Below are positions 11,401-20,400 of a stretch of 58,953 nucleotides of DNA, one piece after another. Position 1 is the first letter of the stretch. Every line of letters begins with the position of its first letter. The notes under the pieces are model-generated. The model saw only the letters and a list, made by a program, of their open reading frames with translations, ran no database searches and had not been told where the DNA came from. Origin of the DNA: Fidelibacterota bacterium (GTDB lineage Bacteria; Fidelibacterota; Marinisomatia; Marinisomatales; TCS56); the NCBI GenBank assembly GCA_013203115.1, contig JABMQW010000206.1, forward strand, positions 1-58,953, written 5' to 3'. The position numbers were made by a program, and so were the translations under genes.

Positions 11401-14400
11401 CAATAGGTTTATCTTTGACTGTAGCATTCTGGTTGTAGATACCGGCTTCCACCCGGATAGTGTCACTATACAAAGCGTAATAGGTCGTGTATTGAATCGA
11501 CCAGAATGGACTGCCATCTGAGCCAGTACCGGAACCATCATCACCGGTTGTGCTCACATACCAGTCCATATTGGTATAATTGGTCAAATCGGGCTCCATC
11601 CCAGCATGCTCATAAGCACCCATATCAGGCCAGGTCGTACCGGAGATCGTGCGTGGATTCAAATCGTAATCCAAACTGGTAAACAGCGCCGTATCGGCCG
11701 CTCCGATCATCGGGGACCATTCTGCCAGATGGAAGTTAGTATCAGCCACGTTTACAAACCCAGGTCTCAGGTTCAAATTACCTTCTCCATCGTATCCGCC
11801 CATCACATTTGTGTAGCGTACATCGATCAAGCTGCGGGTGCCATCATCAAACCAAATTTCATTGCCATTGACCGTATTATCCCACAGGATGGAATTGAGA
11901 ACATTATGTTCACCCGCCACATAGACAATACCATTGCTGTCATTACTGCGATTTCCAACAATAGTATTGTTGAGAAAAGTAACCGAGCCACCATCCAGAT
12001 AAGCCACACCAGCGCTGTCAGCACTGTTGTTGGCTATAACTAGGTTAGCAAACAGGGAATTTGAATTATCGGCATAGATCGCGCCACCTTCGCCGGTAAC
12101 GCCACAGTCCACAAGTTTCAGGTTCCAGAAAGTCGGCGAGGTTGGATTACCAAGAGTATCGGGATATATGGCTATGGCACCACCTTCATCGGCGTTTCCA
12201 TCCCGGACCGTAAAGCCAATTACTTTAGCCGAGGGCGGTTCACCGGAACTGAACTCGAAGCCCCGGCCGCTGTTTTCACAGTCAATTATCGTTGTATCCG
12301 GACCATCAGTTGAGCGGAGTACAATATCCATTCCACCAAAGTCCAGATTCTTATTATCATCACCAACGTAGGTACCGGCCGCCACTTCCACTGTATCCAG
12401 CATGTCGGTCTCATCAATTGCCCGCTGGATGGTCAGGAAAGGTGCTGAAATACCATCATTGCTATCATTACCAGCAGGAGCAGGCGCTACTGAATACACC
12501 CAGCGCCGTGGTTCGGCCCGTTCGTGCTCAATCGGTCCTAGATCAGGTAATGAGCCAACGGGATTGGGTCGGTCACTGCTAAAGTAATCAGAAGCCGGCA
12601 CCAGTGTAAAGGCACCTTGCCAGAAATCATTATAATCCTCCAATCCCAATCCTATTGCCGGAGAATACTCGGAAAGTGTAAAATTACCATTTTCAACATC
12701 TGTAATCATCGGATCAAATGTCCAATTAGTTCCCAGATTGATAACGGCAGAACCTTCCTGTAGGATACAATGGTCAACTATGGAAGCCTCGTTAATATCA
12801 TTGCTGAAACCGGGATTCTGAGTATTGCCCCAGAAAATTGAATTATAGACATTCACCTGAGGATTCATAGATTGGTACATTATACCACCGGGACCAGATT
12901 CAGCGGAATTATCAAGGATGAGGCAATGAACCATTTGTAAAACGGATTGATCTTCATCGATACTAATGGCACCCCCATAACAGCCAGCATAATTATCATA
13001 AAAAATACTGTTCTTTATATCGGCTGTGCTGTTGCCTATAGATATGGCGCCGCCAGGGCAGGAGGCTGAGTTACCTTCGAACAGAACGCTCCGAACACGG
13101 AGGTCGCTGGCATTGGAAAGTATAATAGCGCCACCACTACTACTAGAATTATCGCGAAATACACAATTTTTAACTACCAACTGGCTATTATTGCTAATAA
13201 TTATCGCGCCGGAATTAGCATTTTGGATTGTAATTCCGATCAATTTAGATGCAATCGATTCGCCACTGCTCACATCCAGAAAACTTCCGGAATTTGAGAT
13301 GTCGATTATCGTGGAGTCGGCTCCTTTTTCACCAATAAGCACTAAATCACGAACACCACCCTGGTCCCAGCCGTCCTGGAAATCAAGGTTGCGGTTATCA
13401 AATCCCGAATAGGTTCCCGGTTTAAGCAGAATCGTGTCTCCATCGCTGGAAGCCATGATCATCGGCTTGATTGACTGGGCCATTTCTTCCGGGCTGCCTT
13501 CACCATTAAAGGTTCCACTGACCGGATCAACGTACCAGACCGGACCCACGTACATGGGGGAGGCCTCAATAATTATCATAGTACTGAATTCACCGGCATC
13601 GGACTCAACCTGAATAGCAATATAATACTCTTCCCGGTTATTGAGGCCGGTGATCGTGATGGTATTGGTGGTGGCTGTATCGCTAAGCGCCAGTGAATCA
13701 GCATTCTGGCCACTATAAACAAGATAGCGGGTCACAGTGCCGCTAACCGGGGCGTCCCAGGTAATTTCGACCTGATGATGCCCAGGCACAGCTTGCAGGT
13801 TGTCGACCGGCTCAATCGCCGAATAGACCACCCTGACAGCCAGCACCTGGTCTTCTGGAACCTCGTTGCTCATCCCGCTAAAAGGCCAGGTACCCACGTC
13901 TGAGTATCCACGACGTCCACGCATGCCATCAACCTGACGCAGGTAGGCACCGCCATTAAAACCATAATAGTCATTGTCATGGCTGTATTCCAGCACCCAG
14001 TTATTGCTATTTATCTGGATCGGTTCCGTATAAAACCGCATCCATTCATCAGCAGTGATATCCTCAACTACAAACATTTCGGGGCCATAGAAAATGGAAG
14101 TATTCTCGAATGAATTCAATTCCGTGCCGGCTGTGAAAGTATAGCCGAGACGCAGGTTGTCAATATCGCCGCTGATGAAGGATGGTTTCAGGTCCACGCC
14201 GGATATCCAGGCATTGTCCGGGATACCGGCAGCGGTCAGTTCCTCCGCCAGGTACAGGGACTGATGTTTCACTTTTTTATAGGCGTTATTAAATGGATAG
14301 CCCTGTTCGTTGAAGGGGTTGCTGATAGCATTATTATGTAGTAACTCCACCACCTGTAAATGGAAGCTGTTAGGCGTGGCATTCAACTCCTGACCAAAAT

Positions 14401-17400
14401 TGCTTTCCCGTAGTCCGCTATCGACCGCCGATACCTGGAAATAATAGGTCAGGTCATTTATCAGGCCGGTAACGGTGCAGTCGGTGCCCGGTTTGTCAAC
14501 ACGACCGACCGAGTCGCTGGGTTGCGGAACAAAATCAGGAGTCTGACTGACGTAAACGATGTAATGCGATAAGTCTGATTCCGTGTTAGCAATCCAGGAA
14601 AGGGTTACCTGCTGATCATCGACCAAGGCTGCCAAATCTGCCACCGGATCCGGGTGCGGTGAGACCGCATAAATACTTTCGTAAGCACCGAGGTCAGGGT
14701 TACTTTCACTGGGATTCACCCGGGCACTATCAGCCAGATCACGGCCGGTGATGGTGTAATTAGTAGCCGGAATCGTCGGCTCATATACGGTCAGGTCGCC
14801 GGCACCGATCGCCCAAGAGGCGCTGCTGAGACGGTAGTCACCGTTCTCGCTATCTTCAAACTGAGGATCGAAGTCAACAGTATTAGTGCCCGGATAAAAC
14901 AAACCGTCTTCAATCAGACAATTATGAACCTGCACATTGCCCTGATTCTGGGCATAGTTGATCTGCCCATCATAGGTGGGAGTCGGTGTATTATTCCAGA
15001 AGATTGAATTCTGAAAATAGCTCTGGGCATCCTGTACAAATACGGCGCCCCCAAGCAAATCATCGAAAGAATTATTCAGATTACAGGTGTTGTCGGCCAC
15101 GGTAACATGCTGCATGTACAGCTTGATATTTCTGATATGAACGGCACCACCGGCGGAGTTATTCTGCACGGTGGTCTTGTTGTCGGCAAACAGGGAGTTG
15201 GTTATTTTCACCCAGCCACTGCTTGGATTCCAGTCGTGGTATAGAGAAATAGCGCCACCACGGTTGGGAGCAATATTGTCAACGAATGTACAACGTTCAA
15301 CCGTAATTGGTGAAGCTTGTCCGCCGATCGCGCCCCCATATCCATCGCTGGTATGAGTCGTGTAGTTGCTGTCGAACACACAGGCGCTGAAGGTGGGTTG
15401 AGCCTGGTCCGATTCAATGTATACGGCACCACCCTTACCGTTAACATGGTTCCGGTAAAAAGTGCAGGACTCGAAAGCTGGTGCTCCGGAGCCCCAAACG
15501 TACACCGCGCCACCATGCTGTCCACTGTTGACCAAATAATTGTCCTCAAAACGGCAGTTGACAAACTTAGGACTGGCACCGGTCGTAACGGCGCCACCGT
15601 TGTTACCATCGGAGCTCTTACAGTTTTGGATTGTGAAACCAATCACTTGGGTATTAGTGTCATTGTTGCCGTTGAAAGAGATAAAACGGCGGAAACCACT
15701 ACCATCGATAGTGGTGGAATCAGGACCTTCCAAACTCATCAGAACGAATTGTTCAGCCGGTGCATCCAGTTCAGTATCATTATTTGTAATATAATCACCC
15801 GGCAGAACCATAATGGTATCACCGGCACTGAAATTGGCGTTGCCATCCCAGCCATATTTTATGTACTGAAGGGGCTGCTCAGGTGATCCGTCACCTCCGA
15901 TGGCAGCATCCACATCCACATACCAGATCGGCTCATTATACCCGGGGGTGGCTGCTGCAACCGGCGATGCTATTCCCGTGTAACCATCCGAATTATGGGC
16001 GGCCACCCGGAAATAATATGTGGTATCATTGTCAAGTCCTGTCACCAGATGGGTGTATTTGCCACCGGAAACAGCGCTGGCCAGTATTTGCGCAATCGAA
16101 TCACCGGCTGTAGCACTGAAAGTCAGACTATCGCCCTGGTAAACGATGAAGTAATCCAGGTTGGGATTATTGTCCGGCGGTAGTTCATCCCAGATCAACT
16201 GAACAGAATAGGAAGCCGCATCGGCCATGAGGCTCGGTACCTGCTGGGGATAAGGTGAAGTTGCCAATGAGTCTTCGTAGGCACCCAGGTCCGGATCGGA
16301 GCCGCCAGGAAATGGACGGACTCCGCCCAAGATATCAACAGTGGGAGCAGAATTACCATCGAATGCAGCCACACCGGCACCAATGGCCGGACTGTAATCA
16401 CTCAGGGTAAAGTCCAGATTGGCAGGATCCTCAAATTGGGGATCCAAGCTCAGGCTTTGATTATTACCATTGAACCAGTCAAACAGTTCACCGTTTTCAA
16501 CCAGGTTGGCCCTGGCCTCGATATTGGCGTCATAGTGTTCTGTGAAATTTTCTTCATTGAAAACACTACCATAATTGCCCCAGAGGATCGTATTGAACAT
16601 TACCAGTTGTTGCGGTATCCCACTCGTCGAATTGAGGTAAATGCCGCCACCGCGCGATTCATAATTACTGAAGGTGCTGTCATAGGCAATCGTGGTGTTG
16701 ATTATGCGTAATAATCCCTGGGACTCACTGTGAAAATAAATACCGCCACCTGCGGCCCAATTATTAGAAGAGAACGATTGGGCTGTATTATTGGCTATCA
16801 GACAGTTGATCAGGTCGGTACGAGCTTCCAGCGCCAGAGTGCCTCCATAGGCAGCCTGGCTGGATAGCGCCTCATTATCCCGGAAAATACAACGATTGAA
16901 AATGACCTGGGCGCTGGACACATCACTGTTCTGTTGAGCAAACACAGCACCACCGAAAACATTAAGGTGGAAGTCTTCAGAACCAACGGAATTACCAATA
17001 AATTTACAACCATAAAATTGGGCACCGCCTTGCCCGTTGATATGCACGGCGCCACCCACTTCAGCATGGTTATTGTAAAATACTACATCCCGGAAGATGG
17101 GAAATGAATTCTGGATCGTGACTGCGCCGCCACTAATTTCTTCACCATTCTGTAAAGTAAACCCAATTATCTTTTGCGTATAGCTGGAAGAATAGCCGAA
17201 GTGGAAATGGCGATGATTGCCATCGGATAGGACAATGGTGGAATCGGAGCCTTTTTCCGAGCGTACGACCAGGTTTTTGGGACCCAGGTCCAGTTCAAAA
17301 TTACCCACTCCCTGGTAGGTTCCTGGCAGAACCATGACTGTATCATTGCTGGAGGCTGCTGCATCGATTGCATCCTGGATTTTGATAAACGGATATTCCG

Positions 17401-20400
17401 GGCTGCCTTCAAAAGGTCCACTCCCGTCGAGGCTGTCGGCATCCACATACCAGATTGGTCCGGTATATTCCGGCGAAACCATCTGGCTAACAGCCATGGA
17501 ACTCTCGTGAACGGGATCATCGTCATCCACAGCGGTAACACCAAACCAGTAGTAAAGTTTGTTATTCAAATTGCGGATTGTATCATTGGTATTCAACCGT
17601 CCGGCAATAGTGTCAACCGACACCCAGTTGGTTGAATCCTCGCTCTGGTAAACATAATATTTCAAAACATCAAGCGAGTCAGATGCATTCCACGACAACT
17701 CAACGACCCGGTGTAGCGGATTGGTGACAACATTGGTGGGCGGGGATGGGTAGGGCGAGATCAGCAAAGCGTTCTCATAGGCGCCCAGATCCGGGCCATA
17801 AATCCCGCTGGTGGGCCGGGCGTTGCCATCGATATCGGTGGCAGGTGCCTGGATCGGGTTGCCATTCGCATCCTCGGCTATAAAATCTCCGGCACCAATT
17901 GCTGGGCTGCGATCATGGAGCGAATAACTGGCAAATTCCGGATCGGTGTTTAAATTACCATTCTCATAATCATCCGGGTCTAAATCATGCAGTATTGAAT
18001 AGGAAATGGCATGGGATACAGATCCATTGTAGAACATGATTTGATCGTTGATTGGTTCGTTACCATAAATAATACTGTTGAAAATGGTCAATTCATTCCC
18101 CTGGTTTCCTTCGATTTTAATTCCTGCCCCACCCGTGCTATTACCAAGATGCTGATTGTTGGCTATTGTGGAATTGATAATGATTGTCCGGCCCTGGTAC
18201 ACACCAATTCCGGCACCATTAGAAGGTCCAAGACTGACATTGGTGGTATTATCGGCAATTACTGAATTAATTACCGTAAGTAGATTACCAATATCAAAAT
18301 CCAAATATACACCCGCTGTACCGCAGGCTTCCCAACTATTAGCGCTAGTACTATTATATCGAACAATACTACGATCCAGGATCAACTTGCTGTTATTAGT
18401 AATATAAAAGGCACCACCATGAACGTAATCCGAAGCTGAGTTGTTGGTATTGTTCCGCAATTTGCAATCTACGAAGTATGCAATAGAATTGTTTATTAGC
18501 ACCACTGCGGCTGTACGATCGCCTGTACAAGAATCAATATAGCAATTAATAAATTTGGCTCGTGAGTTATTGAACTGAATCGCCGATCCCTGATTATTAC
18601 TACTACCACCAAAGGCAATTCGAAATCCGATTATCTGGGTGGTTGTATCCGTACCGTCGATGAAATCAAATAACCTTTTACTATTCTCACCGTCGATTAG
18701 TGTGGAATCCGGGCCACCACGGGCTTTCAGCACCAGATTTTTTACATTAAATCCGCCTCCACCGTCACTCACCGCAAAACGTAAATATTGATCATCTCCG
18801 GTATTATAACTACCAGGCAAGACCAGTACCGTATCATTGGCATTGGCCACATCAATAGCATCTTGAATCTGGGTATAGGGCGCCTCTGGGCTACCCTCAT
18901 ATAACGTACCACCATAAACTTCATTCACATACCAGTTCGGTCCCGTCCATTCCGGTACAGCCTGCGCCAAAGCAACACCACTGTACTCATCAGCATTTGA
19001 TTTAACCTGGACGCCTACATAATATGGTGTACCATTTACCAAATCAGTGACAGAATAATTAGTTGCAGAATTTGGCAAAGTTGCTACCGGTTCTATCGTG
19101 CCGGGTGATGTACCATTGTAAACAATGTATTCGGCTACAGTACCACTGCTGGGGGCTACCCAGGTCAAGTCAATCTGTTTATGGCCGGGAGTCGCGGTTA
19201 AACTACCCACTGGTTCAATCGGCGAATAGGCCACACGCACGGCTAATACTTGAGGTTCTGACCATGAGTTCATACCTGGAAATGGGTAATTGCCTCCCCC
19301 TCCCTCTCCAACGACCATCCGATGTGTGCTGACATTACGAATATGAACACCACCACCATTGGCCGTCGGACCATTATCATTACTTGCTTCCAACAACCAA
19401 TTTTTAATGCCATCCCACTGTTGGGGGGGGGCAATGCCAAATCTTTTCCATTCATTATTGGCAAATTCACTTTGATTATAAGCCATTGGACCATGGACTA
19501 TATTATCGGACAAGTCCTGATAAGAATTTAATTGGGTGGCAGTCGTCCAGTCCGAACCAATTCTGAAATTCTGTAACTCACTGATCACCGAGGTTGGTTT
19601 TAATTCCACCGCCATTAACCAGGACTCGGATGGAATTCCCGCATCGGATAAATCACCGGCCAAGTACAGCGCTTGATTCTTAACATCTTCGCTGCCGGTA
19701 TTGAAAATATATTCCGGATCGGTTTTAGACTGAGACGCATTCAGATGGAGCAATTCAACCAATTGCTCATGCATCCGGTTTGGTATTGCCATAATTTCAT
19801 CGGAAGCTTCGCTTTCGCGATTGTCAGTATTCAAGGCAGTTACGACAAAATAGTAAGTAGTATCATTACCCAGTCCCGTAATGGTAGTAAAAGTATCCGG
19901 TGGTGACTGCGCCAGCAGCGTGTCAATGCGATTGCCAATTGTTGTTTGGACCGGTGACGATTCCGAACTGTAGACATAGTAAGCGGCCAAGTCGGTGGGG
20001 TCGTTGGCAGCCCAGCGCAGTATAACTTGGGCACTGTCGGCCACGGCCGTCAGATCGGCGGGTGCATCCGGTGCTTCTTTCCGAGAAGCGTAAGCCAAAA
20101 ACCCGTCGTCGGGCAAGTTGTCCTGCCCGGTTTGATAATAATAGTAGATTGCATCAGGGTCCTCGATGGCATCCAAATCGATTTTGAATTCAACCCATCG
20201 CTCTCCGCCACCATAGACAAAGCTCAGATCATCGCTCCAGAGCGTATTCCAGTTGGAACCATTCCATTTCCGGTACGAAACATCTTCATTATAGAAATAC
20301 AGACTATAGTCTGCGCCAATTCCACGGTTTGGGAAACCAGTGGCAGAATTAGTATCCACATCAAAGTAGATATAGCGGTCTTCCCAGCGGATGCCGGTAG

